The notes under the pieces were generated by a model. The model had not been told where the DNA came from. It worked only from the letters and a program-made list of their open reading frames with translations, and ran no database searches. Positions 49,060-58,297 of a DNA stretch of 64,000 nt are shown here, in pieces. Source of the stretch: Deltaproteobacteria bacterium (GTDB taxonomy: Bacteria > SAR324 > NAC60-12); contig JAYOTF010000001.1 in NCBI GenBank assembly GCA_038150265.1, positions 98,092-162,091 on the forward strand, given 5' to 3'. The position numbers were made by a program, and so were the translations under genes. Numbering within the stretch: position 1 is the first letter of the stretch; each line of letters starts with the position of its first letter.

Positions 49060-49269
49060 GGCGGTTTTTTTGATTAACGATATTGAAAAAATCTCAGCAA
49101 GAGGCTCGTCTGTTGGTGCAGAACCTCAGAGGAATGGCCGAGCCACGCAGGTCCCGGTTTTTTGAAAAAGCTTGAAGCTCTCCCGGATATTTCTTAAAAA
49201 TCAATGTTTGCCTCCGTTTATTTTTACAGAATATCCTGTCCCTGACCTCACTTCCGTAAACGGGCTCCC

Positions 49270-50775
49270 TTGCTCTGTCGAGACACACTTTCAAAAGCAT
49301 TCCTTACCCTTACGCTGATCCTCTCCATATCGCCAGCTTTGAGTTACGCCCAAACGAACTTCATCCCACTGGAGCGAGGAGACGTTCGGGAGCGAGAGGA
49401 GCGCCTCATGTTCACGCCCGGAGTTCAGCTTTCCGGGGACTTCCGCTTCCGGACCAGCCTGTTGAGTGGGTCAGAGCTGCCGACTTCCCGTCCGGGAACC
49501 AACTCTCCGGAAGAGTTCGCGTTTGACCAGGACATCCGCCTGAAGATGCAGACCATTGTGCATCCGATGACCACGATGGTTCTGGAACTGGCCACCGCTC
49601 AGGAGCCTTACTTTCAATCGGATCTGCGGGACTCCAGCGCCAACCAGGTAGGTGAGCCCGACTCACAAACCATTGCCTTGACGGCCCGCCAGTCGTACCT
49701 GGACCTGAACTTCAACCCCCGCAACACCCTGAGGATCGGGAAGCAGGAGGTCAACGTGGGGGACCGGCGGGGGAAGGTCTTCAATGGCGTCCTCACCGGA
49801 TTTGCGCAGCCGAAGTGCCGGACGGGCACCTGGTGTTACGAGTTCGGCGGTTACAAGCTTTCCAGCGCTGATTCCGATTGGCTCTACAGCCTTTCCCTGG
49901 ATTACCCTTTTGTGTATGAAGTGGATGCGAGCCAGAACCCGCTGAATGTGATCCGGGCCGAGCTGTTCCGCATCAAGTACACGGAGCATGACATTCCAGT
50001 GGGGACGCGCCTGCACCCCACCGTGAGGCCAACAGACAACAGCACCGATACCCTGCTCACCAACAGCTCTGGAGAGGCGCTCTATTACAATGCTCATGAG
50101 CAGGAGTACTACGGAATCCGCTTCCTCTGGGACACCTCAAGCTTCCGCATCTACTTTGATGCCACCTCGAACATCGGGAACCGGCGGTACTTCACTCAGT
50201 CAGATCGCAACACGCAGGAGCCGTACAAGGTCCGGGGCGTGGCCACGGAGTGGGAGCTGACCTACAAGACCGGGAACGGTGAGCTGAGCCTGCTCTACAT
50301 GGGCGCGCAGGGAGATGAGGAGCTGGACAACCAAACCGCCAACTACCAGAGGGAGCTTCAGGGGTACTACGAAATTGTTCCCGGAACCTACCAGGGCACC
50401 CAGTTTTACTTCAATGGCGGCAGCACTGCCCTCAACAGTGGAACCGGACTGGGGCACTCCATCAACAACACCCAGTTGCTGGGGCTCCGCTACCTCTACC
50501 GAGTTCCGGAAAGTGATTTGGTGTACCGCTTTGGCCTCTACCAGCTCAAGCACATGCAGCCGGTTCTCAGCGCCGAAGGAAACCCCGTCAAGGAAATTGG
50601 GGTAGAATGGGACAACACCTTCTCCTTCCCCCTCGCGAAGCACGTTCAGGCTGACCTCGACCTCAATGTCTTCCAACTGGCTCCGGCCTTTCGGTATGAC
50701 GAAACCAGTGCGCCTCTCGGAAAGAACGGCGAGCTGTTGACCCATGTGGCCGGACGCCTGATCTACTCCTTCTGA
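49270..50775 (+). CDS. Hypothetical outer-membrane protein (large beta-barrel/porin-like)
   Basis: Signal peptide ...LTLTLILSISPALSYAQ, beta-strand-rich sequence, and the C-terminal ...GRLIYSF aromatic terminus typical of OMPs. Confidence 0.5.
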   Translation: MLCRDTLSKAFLTLTLILSISPALSYAQTNFIPLERGDVREREERLMFTPGVQLSGDFRFRTSLLSGSELPTSRPGTNSPEEFAFDQDIRLKMQTIVHPMTTMVLELATAQEPYFQSDLRDSSANQVGEPDSQTIALTARQSYLDLNFNPRNTLRIGKQEVNVGDRRGKVFNGVLTGFAQPKCRTGTWCYEFGGYKLSSADSDWLYSLSLDYPFVYEVDASQNPLNVIRAELFRIKYTEHDIPVGTRLHPTVRPTDNSTDTLLTNSSGEALYYNAHEQEYYGIRFLWDTSSFRIYFDATSNIGNRRYFTQSDRNTQEPYKVRGVATEWELTYKTGNGELSLLYMGAQGDEELDNQTANYQRELQGYYEIVPGTYQGTQFYFNGGSTALNSGTGLGHSINNTQLLGLRYLYRVPESDLVYRFGLYQLKHMQPVLSAEGNPVKEIGVEWDNTFSFPLAKHVQADLDLNVFQLAPAFRYDETSAPLGKNGELLTHVAGRLIYSF

Positions 50776-50784
50776 CGGAACTTC

Positions 50785-51375
50785 ATGACCGATCGCATTG
50801 CCGAGCTGGAGCGCACCACCAAGGAAACCCGCATCCGCGTCAAAGTGAACCTCGACGGCACCGGGCAGCAGAACATCCACACCGGAATCGGATTCCTCGA
50901 CCACATGCTCCAGCAGCTTGCTTTTCATGGCCTGCTCGACCTGGAAGTGGAATGTGAGGGCGACCTGCACATCGATGGGCACCACACCACCGAAGACATT
51001 GCGCTGGCACTGGGACAGGCTGTGCTGGACGCCCTTGGCTCCAAGCAGGGGATTCAGCGCTATGGGCACGCCTACGTTCCGATGGACGAAGCCCTGCTCC
51101 GGTGCGTCCTGGATCTCTCCGGACGTCCGGACTTTGTGATGCAGGGTCAGTTCACGCAGCCGATGATTGGGCAGCTGGATACCCAGCTGATTTCGCACTT
51201 CTTCAAGTCGTTCGCCATTGCGTCCAAGACGACCCTGCACCTGTCCATTCTTTATGGAGAAAACGATCATCACAAATGCGAGGGGCTCTTCAAGGCGTTT
51301 GCCCGGGCCCTGCGACAGGCTGTGGAAGCAGATCCTCGCCGCACCGAGGTGACGTCTACCAAGGGAGTGCTCTGA
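50785..51375 (+). CDS. hisB: Imidazoleglycerol-phosphate dehydratase
   Basis: IRVKVNLDGTGQQNIHTGIGFLDHMLQQLAFHGLLDLEVECEGDLHIDGHHTTEDIALALG gives the IGPD metal-binding motifs. Monofunctional, 196 aa. Confidence 0.9.
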   Translation: MTDRIAELERTTKETRIRVKVNLDGTGQQNIHTGIGFLDHMLQQLAFHGLLDLEVECEGDLHIDGHHTTEDIALALGQAVLDALGSKQGIQRYGHAYVPMDEALLRCVLDLSGRPDFVMQGQFTQPMIGQLDTQLISHFFKSFAIASKTTLHLSILYGENDHHKCEGLFKAFARALRQAVEADPRRTEVTSTKGVL

Positions 51376-51376
51376 C

Positions 51377-51982
51377 ATGACGAATGTCATCATTGACTAC
51401 AACGTCGGAAACCTCGCCAATCTGAAAAATGCCCTGGATTTCATTGAGGCCGATGTCGAGGTGGTCAAGACGCCAGAGCCGATCCTGAAGGCATCCCGGA
51501 TTCTGCTTCCGGGCGTGGGAGCATTTGGTCCGGCGATGCAACACCTGCGGGACTCCGGAATGCTGGAGGCCATTGAAGCCCGTCGGCAGGCTGGCATCCC
51601 CCTGCTGGGAATCTGTGTTGGCGCACAGCTGCTTCTGGAAGAAGGCGAGGAAGATGGCCCCTTCGCTGGGCTGGGGTGGATTCCGGGAACCGTTCAGCGC
51701 TTTCGGCATGAGCTCAAGGTGCCGCAGATTGGCTGGAATGCGGTCCAGCCCCTTCGTGACGATCCATTGTTTACCGACCTTGCCCCCGGAAGCTTCTTTT
51801 ACTTTGTGCATTCCTACCACATGCACCCGACGCATCCGGAACAGGTGCTGGCAGAAACCAACTACGGCTACGCCTTTGCGTCAGTTGTTCGGCGTGAAAA
51901 CGTCTGGGGGGTGCAGTTTCATCCGGAGAAGAGCCAAAATGCAGGGCTTCAGCTCCTCAAGAACTTTTGTACGCTGACCTGA
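51377..51982 (+). CDS. hisH: Imidazole glycerol phosphate synthase glutaminase subunit
   Basis: Class I GATase triad context (LLGICVGAQLL ... FHPEKS) and HisH length (201 aa). Confidence 0.9.
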   Translation: MTNVIIDYNVGNLANLKNALDFIEADVEVVKTPEPILKASRILLPGVGAFGPAMQHLRDSGMLEAIEARRQAGIPLLGICVGAQLLLEEGEEDGPFAGLGWIPGTVQRFRHELKVPQIGWNAVQPLRDDPLFTDLAPGSFFYFVHSYHMHPTHPEQVLAETNYGYAFASVVRRENVWGVQFHPEKSQNAGLQLLKNFCTLT

Positions 51983-52022
51983 GTGGGTCAGTTTTTTTTA
52001 ACTCTAGCCAATCAATCCGAAA

Positions 52023-52454
52023 ATGGCCATTGAGCAAACCCTTTCGATCATCAAGCCTGATGGTGTGGAACGCAACCTGGTAGGATCCATCCTGCAGCGC
52101 TTTGAGCAAAACGGACTGCGCATTGTCGCAACCAAGATGAAGCACCTCTCGCTTCGGGAAGCCGAAGGGTTTTACGACGTCCACCGCGAGCGCCCATTCT
52201 TTGGCGAACTGACGGAGTTCATGACCCGGAGTGCCGTTGTGGTGACGGTTCTGGAAGGAGAGAATGCGGTGGCCAAGCACCGTGAAGTGATGGGCGCCAC
52301 CAATCCCGCCGATGCCGCTGAGGGCACCATCCGCAAGGATTTTGCCCAGAGCATTGGCGAGAACACCGTTCATGGCTCCGACAGCCTGGAGAATGCCGCA
52401 ATTGAAATTGCGTACTTCTTTTCAAAGACGGAGCTGGTGAACTCCGGCCAGTAA
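52023..52454 (+). CDS. ndk: Nucleoside diphosphate kinase
   Basis: [35 protein letters not shown] ... NTVHGSDS carries the active-site His. Confidence 0.9.
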   Translation: MAIEQTLSIIKPDGVERNLVGSILQRFEQNGLRIVATKMKHLSLREAEGFYDVHRERPFFGELTEFMTRSAVVVTVLEGENAVAKHREVMGATNPADAAEGTIRKDFAQSIGENTVHGSDSLENAAIEIAYFFSKTELVNSGQ

Positions 52455-52486
52455 GCCTGAGCCGGTTCTTCTGTGGAGGAGCCGGT

Positions 52487-53092
52487 TTACGCCGAGTCCT
52501 CCCGAACCCCCGCCAACCCAAGCCAGGGACCCAGTGCCTGCCAGATGTCGGCTCGCCCCATTTTGGCCAGCGATGAGTGCTTGAGCGGTGGCTCGGGAAG
52601 GCTCAGGGTTTCTCGGATGAGCTTCATCTGCTTGGGGATGTCGTTTTTGCGAAGCTTATCAATTTTGTTGGCGACCACCAAGGTGGGACGCTGATGGAAG
52701 TCGAGCCACTCCTTGAGTTGCAGGTCCTGCTTGGTGGGGCCGTGGCGACTGTCGATGATCAGGACCACTCCGGTCAGCTGTTCCCTCTGAGAGAGATAAG
52801 CTTCAATGAGCTTCCGCCATCCGGAACTGACTGAGTCCGGCACCTTGGCGTAGCCGTAACCGGGCAGGTCCACGCAGTGGAACTGCTGATTGATGATGAA
52901 AAAGTTGATCAGCTGAGTCTTTCCCGGAGTGGCACTGGTCTTGACCAGCCCCTTGCGGTTGAGCAGGGAGTTGATCAGCGTGGACTTCCCCACGTTCGAA
53001 CGACCTGCAAATGCCACCTCCGGAAGTGTGGTGGCCGGAAACTGATGAGGGGCAGCGGCGCTGAGTACCAGCTCGGAGGAGTTGATTTTCAC
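52487..53092 (-). CDS. engB: Ribosome biogenesis GTP-binding protein YihA/YsxC (EngB)
   Basis: FAGRSNVGKSTLINSLL...DLPGYGYA...VANKIDKL gives motifs G1, G3 and G4. Confidence 0.85.
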   Translation of the reverse strand: MKINSSELVLSAAAPHQFPATTLPEVAFAGRSNVGKSTLINSLLNRKGLVKTSATPGKTQLINFFIINQQFHCVDLPGYGYAKVPDSVSSGWRKLIEAYLSQREQLTGVVLIIDSRHGPTKQDLQLKEWLDFHQRPTLVVANKIDKLRKNDIPKQMKLIRETLSLPEPPLKHSSLAKMGRADIWQALGPWLGLAGVREDSA

Positions 53093-54228
53093 GAAGGATC
53101 CTTTTCCGAACGAGAAGGCCCTTCTGAACCAGAGCCCGGTTTTGCTGAACCTTCCTGTTCGGGCGCCGTGGGTTCGACGGGTGGATCAGGGCGAGGAGCC
53201 TCAGCAGAGGTCTCCGGAGCAGCAGCCTCTGGCTGCAGAGGCCCTTCCGGAGCGTTCGGGTGGAGCTCTGTGGTTTCAGCGGATTTCTCCGACTCGGCAG
53301 CCGGAGCCTCTGGCGTTTCCGGGACAGGCTGCTGGGCGGCCTCAGAAAGTTCTACCGTGTCTTCCGACGGAGCCGAGGTGCGCAGGGAGGCACCAAACAG
53401 CTGCTGGGCGGCCTGGTCCAGTGACTGAAGCGGGAAGTCCGGCTCTCGGTGAGCAAGGTCAAAGTACAGCAGCGCGGAGAGCAGAGCCGCAAACGGGGCA
53501 AAGATCAGGGCTGTCAGGTGCTGAGCCCAGCTGATCGACTGCAGAAATCCGGAGCTGGTGAGCAGCTGCTCCAGCATCGACACTTGTTGCTCATCCATTT
53601 CCATGGTCAAATTCTGGGCAGAATCGAGGCTGGGGAGAAAGAGCTGCAGGACCAGAAACAAGATTCCGATTTGCACCGCGTAGCTGAACAAGGTAACACT
53701 AAACACTCGGGGCAGGTTCTGACGGACCAGCCGGAAGCTCCGGATGAGGGCCTGTAGCCCACGGAGGCCTTCAATGGCATACACCTGCTGAGCAAGCGCA
53801 AAGAAGAAGTGGCTCAGCATCCAGAAGGCGACCAGCAGGAAGTTCATCGGAAAGGGGAGCATGACCCCAGTGAGTCCAAGAAAGCGGATCATGTACAGCA
53901 GCACCGCAATGTGGACGGCCCCGAAGAACATCCGAGACCGCAGGAGGTTCAGCAGCTTGCCCGTCGGAAAAATGGTTCCGGCTGCCAGCGCGATCACTCC
54001 CAGGGCCATGGTGGCCTCAAGCACCCCCATCATGAGGGTCATGGCAAGTTGCTCCATCTGAAAGAGGGAGCCTCCATCAGCCTGCATGCCTCCGACAATG
54101 GCGAGCAGCATGGAAGGCATCAACAGGACCAGCGTCAGCGTCAGCATGGCCAGCCAGTGGTTCTGGTACAGCCGGAAGCTGATGCGTAGAAGCGTGCCGA
54201 CCGAGTGCGGGTAAGTAAGGAGGTTCAT
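53089..54228 (-). CDS. Hypothetical polytopic membrane protein with Pro/Glu/Ala-rich C-terminal tail
   Basis: At least six hydrophobic helices, then a low-complexity tail (PETPEAPAAESEKSAETT...). ATGA overlap with the engB start suggests co-transcription. Confidence 0.5.
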   Translation of the reverse strand: MNLLTYPHSVGTLLRISFRLYQNHWLAMLTLTLVLLMPSMLLAIVGGMQADGGSLFQMEQLAMTLMMGVLEATMALGVIALAAGTIFPTGKLLNLLRSRMFFGAVHIAVLLYMIRFLGLTGVMLPFPMNFLLVAFWMLSHFFFALAQQVYAIEGLRGLQALIRSFRLVRQNLPRVFSVTLFSYAVQIGILFLVLQLFLPSLDSAQNLTMEMDEQQVSMLEQLLTSSGFLQSISWAQHLTALIFAPFAALLSALLYFDLAHREPDFPLQSLDQAAQQLFGASLRTSAPSEDTVELSEAAQQPVPETPEAPAAESEKSAETTELHPNAPEGPLQPEAAAPETSAEAPRPDPPVEPTAPEQEGSAKPGSGSEGPSRSEKDPS

Positions 54229-54308
54229 TCAGTTCCAGTTAGTTTGTTGCGGATCAATTAGGAGACGTGATGAAGAACACTCTACCAAACCTAAAGTTTT
54301 CATGACAA

Positions 54309-55304
54309 GTGGAAGCATCTGAACGGATCCTCTTGGACGAAACCGATCTGCTGGTTGAGAACCTCCGTCAGGAGGTTTCTCGTCTGCGAGAGGAGTTGAC
54401 GTCCCTTCAGCGTGAGTCGCGCTATCGGCTGGAAGAAGAGCGAGAACAGCACCGTCGGGTTCTGAAAGAAGAGCGGACCTCCATTGAAGAACGGCTCCGG
54501 GCGCAGCAGCAGCGCTTCGCGGAGGAACTTGCCGAGCAGCACAAACTGTTCCGGACGCTGCAAGAGCGCGTGGCGACCTATGAAGCAGCAGTGCACACCG
54601 AAAGTCCACAGGTGCTGATGGAGCATCATCCGGGGCAGGCGCTGGGGCATCTGTTGCTTCAGCTGGACCCTCAACTGGTTCGCATCAGTGAGCAGTTGGC
54701 GCGTGCAGGGCTCAAGGAGGCCCACCCGGATGTGGTGGGGCTGCTTCACAACTGCCGCAAGGAGGCGGATCACACCCTCCAGCAGGTCCGGAGGCTTCAG
54801 GCGTACACAGAAGACTGGGAAACCGCTCCGGAGCTGCATCCGGGGGAAGTGGAGCTGCTGGCCTTCTTCAAGGAACTGGCGCGTCAGCAAAACTGGATGG
54901 GGCAGCACGTTCGGCTCTTTGCGTCTCCGAAGCTGCCTCAGGTCGCTCATTTTGACGAGGCGCTGCTCCGGGAAGCGCTGCTGACCCTCCTGAAGCAGAT
55001 CCACCTCTTTGTTCCGGAAGCCCCGGTCCGGATCACCCTGAAGCGCAGCCTGGTTCCGGAGTCGGAAGTTCCGCGCATGCACATCCTGCTGATCAGTGAC
55101 CAGCCCTGGAGGTTTTCAGATGCCAGCCCCCTGCGGTCGTTGCTGCAGGAAACGCTGGTTCGCTCAGAGCTGCTGGGGTTGGACTTCCTTGTGGCCTACC
55201 AGTACATCACGCTCCACGAAGGGGCCCTGCACTTTTTGGAAGAAGAGGGCCAGGTGGTGGGCTTTGAGGTCCTCATTCCCCTGCACGATCCTCCGGAAGA
55301 GTAG
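54309..55304 (+). CDS. Hypothetical coiled-coil protein with degenerate histidine-kinase-like ATPase domain
   Basis: The C-terminal 110 aa resemble HATPase_c (…RITLKR…LLGLDFLVAYQYITLHEGALHF…GQVVGFEVLIPL), but the N-box Asn, G1 DxGxG and G2 GxGxG are all degenerate. The N-terminal 100 aa are a Glu/Arg-rich coiled coil. GTG start. Confidence 0.4.
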   Translation: MEASERILLDETDLLVENLRQEVSRLREELTSLQRESRYRLEEEREQHRRVLKEERTSIEERLRAQQQRFAEELAEQHKLFRTLQERVATYEAAVHTESPQVLMEHHPGQALGHLLLQLDPQLVRISEQLARAGLKEAHPDVVGLLHNCRKEADHTLQQVRRLQAYTEDWETAPELHPGEVELLAFFKELARQQNWMGQHVRLFASPKLPQVAHFDEALLREALLTLLKQIHLFVPEAPVRITLKRSLVPESEVPRMHILLISDQPWRFSDASPLRSLLQETLVRSELLGLDFLVAYQYITLHEGALHFLEEEGQVVGFEVLIPLHDPPEE

Positions 55305-56829
55305 CCGGTTTCGGCAAGCGTCCATAGGTCCGGGTGATCAACCGCAACCAGTCGGCCGGCACGCGCTCGAGGTCTCCTTCCTGATAACGCCACCTCCAGT
55401 TGGAGCCCCCGACGGTTCCGGGAGTGTTCATGCGGGCGGTGGTGTCCAATCCCAGTAAATCCTGAAGTGGAACCAGCGCCAGCTGAGCGGTGGTGGACCA
55501 GGTGGTCCGGATCAGCTCATAGCAGACGTTTTCCTCGTGGAGGTCTCGGCTGAGGTAGTGGTTGAGGAACTCCCGCTCCGGCGTCTCCAGCGTCCGGAAC
55601 CACCCGAGGAGGGTATCGTTGTCGTGGGTGCCGGTGTAAGCGACTGAGTCCGCGCCTGTGATGTTGTGAGGAAGGTAGAGGTTGTCTGGATCCGAGAAGG
55701 CAAATTGCAGGATCTTCATTCCCGGAAACGCGCACTGCTGACGCAGGGCATGGACTTCTTCCGTGATGAGCCCCAGGTCTTCGGCAATCACCGGCAGCTT
55801 CCCGAGGTCCTGCTGCACCCGCTTGAAGAAGGCAAACCCGGGTCCGGGCTTCCAGCTACCGTTCATGGCAGTCGGCTCCGAAGCCGGGATCTCCCAGTAC
55901 GACTCAAAGCCTCGAAAGTGATCGATCCGGATGAGGTCGAACTGACTCAGCAGGCTACCGAGCCGTTGCCGCCACCAGAGGAACCCGGTTTTGGCCAGCT
56001 TGTCCCAGCGGTAAAGCGGGTTTCCCCAGCGTTGCCCTGTTTCGCTGAAGTAGTCCGGAGGCACGCCAGCGATTACGTTGGGCTGCCCGGAGTCGTCGAG
56101 CTCAAACAACTCCGGATGTGCCCAGACATCGGCGCTTTCGTGAGAAACGAAGATGGGCAGGTCTCCGATGATCCGGACGCCCAGCTGGTTGGCGTGCTGC
56201 TTCAGCGCCTGCCACTGTTCGGCGCCTACCCACTGCACAAAGCGCTGGAAGTCCAGGGCCTCGGCCTGCTCGTTCCGGAAGGTCCGCATGGCTGTGATGC
56301 GCCGCTTTCGTGAGCCCTCGGGCCACTGCGTCCAGGAACCCTCGCCGTGGAGCTCCTTGAGGACCATGAATGCCGCATAATCTTCGAGCCAGTACGCCTG
56401 TTCCTCGCACCACTGTCGCCACGCTTGCTGATCGGCAGCCGTTCCGGTTTCCAGGAAGCCGTCAAATGCGGTCCGGAGGAGCCTGGTTTTTCGGACCTCT
56501 GCTTCAGCAAAGTGAGCCGCCCCAGCCGGAAGCGGCTCCAGCGCCTCCAGGGTTTCTGCCGGAAGCCATCCGGTTTCAGCGAGCTTCTCCAAGCTGATGA
56601 GCAGGGGGTTGAGGGCAAAGGCGGATGGGCTTTGGTACGGAGAAAACCCGTAGCCGACTGGGCCAAGAGGAAGGACCTGCCAGAGGGTCTGGTTCCACTC
56701 CGCCAGCTTTTCCACAAACTGAAAGGCCGCAGGGCCGAGGTCTCCCAGTCCGTGGGGACCCGGCAGAGAGGTGGGGTGCAGCAGAACTCCGGAGCAGCGC
56801 TCCTGAAGCCAGGAATTGGGCGACGACAT
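55273..56829 (-). CDS. malQ: 4-alpha-glucanotransferase (amylomaltase)
   Basis: MSSPNSWLQERCSGVLLHPTSLPGPHGLGDLGP is the characteristic GH77 N-terminus. Length 518 aa. Confidence 0.85.
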   Translation of the reverse strand: MSSPNSWLQERCSGVLLHPTSLPGPHGLGDLGPAAFQFVEKLAEWNQTLWQVLPLGPVGYGFSPYQSPSAFALNPLLISLEKLAETGWLPAETLEALEPLPAGAAHFAEAEVRKTRLLRTAFDGFLETGTAADQQAWRQWCEEQAYWLEDYAAFMVLKELHGEGSWTQWPEGSRKRRITAMRTFRNEQAEALDFQRFVQWVGAEQWQALKQHANQLGVRIIGDLPIFVSHESADVWAHPELFELDDSGQPNVIAGVPPDYFSETGQRWGNPLYRWDKLAKTGFLWWRQRLGSLLSQFDLIRIDHFRGFESYWEIPASEPTAMNGSWKPGPGFAFFKRVQQDLGKLPVIAEDLGLITEEVHALRQQCAFPGMKILQFAFSDPDNLYLPHNITGADSVAYTGTHDNDTLLGWFRTLETPEREFLNHYLSRDLHEENVCYELIRTTWSTTAQLALVPLQDLLGLDTTARMNTPGTVGGSNWRWRYQEGDLERVPADWLRLITRTYGRLPKPATLPEDRAGE

Positions 56830-56961
56830 GACGTGAACGATGATGAGCCAGTGGGAAAAATTGAAGGGAATGGAGGCTTAAACCAAGCCGGATTCAAATC
56901 CTGCTACAGGATCTGGAAAGGCGGGGTGGACGAGAGCCGTTCGGTGACGGCTCTGACGGTT

Positions 56962-57702
56962 TTACAGATCCCGTGAGTACTTGAGGGCAAAGCCAACGTT
57001 GAAGTTCTTCGTCTCGAAAGTCTCTCCTCCCACGTTGATTTTTCCTTCGGAAAGTTCCTTGAAGAGATCGAAGTGGAAGTTGCTTCGCTTGTCAGCAGAC
57101 GGAACAATGTAGGAGCCTCCAAAGGCGTAGATGGTTCCGTCGTAGGTCGCGGTTTCTCGGGTGTAGCGTTGGCCGCTGTCGTTTTCACCTGTCAGGAAGA
57201 AGTTGAAATCCGGTGTGAGGATCTTGGTGACTTTTCCAAACGGATAGAAGCCCAGAACCTGAATGGGGCCTTTTTCCAAGGCCAGTTCCAGCTCTCCTCC
57301 ATAGAGCAGCGAGGTTCCATCAAGGGCCGTGTTGTCTGTTTCAGCCTCCAGCGTCAACAGACCTCCCACAACGCCATAACGAAGGGCAAGGGACTGATCG
57401 AAGAGGCCAATTTGGCCCCCATACCCAATCCGGAGCATCCCAACCACCGGCGTGAGTTGATCATAGAACTTATCAGACGTGGCGTTGTCGTAACGGGAAT
57501 CAATGTCCGAAACAGACGAACAGGTAGAAGGGTCTGAGACCTTGTCAAAGGCACAGAAGTCCACCGAGTCTGCACTGGTCCCAAATTTGGTGACCGTGGC
57601 AATGGAGCCTGAGTTGGCCGTGTAGGTCAGGCTCAGGTAATCCGCAAAGGCCCACGGGACAAAACCAAACAGGCCAATGAGAAAAATTCCAAGTTGCTTC
57701 AT
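56962..57702 (-). CDS. Hypothetical outer-membrane beta-barrel protein
   Basis: Signal peptide MKQLGIFLIGLFGFVPWAFA and an amphipathic beta-strand pattern. Start chosen at MKQ. Confidence 0.5.
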   Translation of the reverse strand: MKQLGIFLIGLFGFVPWAFADYLSLTYTANSGSIATVTKFGTSADSVDFCAFDKVSDPSTCSSVSDIDSRYDNATSDKFYDQLTPVVGMLRIGYGGQIGLFDQSLALRYGVVGGLLTLEAETDNTALDGTSLLYGGELELALEKGPIQVLGFYPFGKVTKILTPDFNFFLTGENDSGQRYTRETATYDGTIYAFGGSYIVPSADKRSNFHFDLFKELSEGKINVGGETFETKNFNVGFALKYSRDL

Positions 57703-57892
57703 GGGAAACATCCTTGTTGGAGAAACAGGATCAGGCTGGGGGCAGCACTGTTGGGATATCCCTCTTTTCGGCATTTTGGGGTAAAACTTTAGTGGGTTCC
57801 GGGAAAAGCAACGTAGGGGGCCACTGCAGGGACCCCGAGAAGGGATTCATTTGGCCTGGAAAGAGGCATTCACTAAACACGGAGGGAGTGTG

Positions 57893-58291
57893 ATGAGAGC
57901 ACTTTGGGCGAGCCTGCTGCTGCTTGGGGCAAGCACACTGAGCGCTGCTGAGTATTACTGCCAGACCGAGTTTTACCTTGGGTTCAACTCGCAAGAAGAT
58001 GGGACGGCGACCACGTACCGGTTGCTGTCAGACAACCGCTACATCCTCAACACCCAGCAGGAACAGCTTTCGGTCTTTCGTCCAAATGACGATGCTGATC
58101 TGTGCGCCTCCTCATGGCCTGACTGGGAGGTGGGCATCTGTCAGTGCCTGCGGACGAGCGAGAACGGGCCGACCCTCATGGGCTACGTCTCCTTCAATCC
58201 CAAGAACCTCAAGTTTTCGGTGATGTCGTTGGAAAGAGTGGGATACGAGACCCTCCATGGCGGACTCTGCCGCAGGGTGGAGGGCTCGTAG
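57893..58291 (+). CDS. Hypothetical small secreted cysteine-containing protein
   Basis: Signal peptide MRALWASLLLLGASTLSAA. Six Cys in the ~110-aa mature part. Confidence 0.4.
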   Translation: MRALWASLLLLGASTLSAAEYYCQTEFYLGFNSQEDGTATTYRLLSDNRYILNTQQEQLSVFRPNDDADLCASSWPDWEVGICQCLRTSENGPTLMGYVSFNPKNLKFSVMSLERVGYETLHGGLCRRVEGS

Positions 58292-58297
58292 GCTCGC

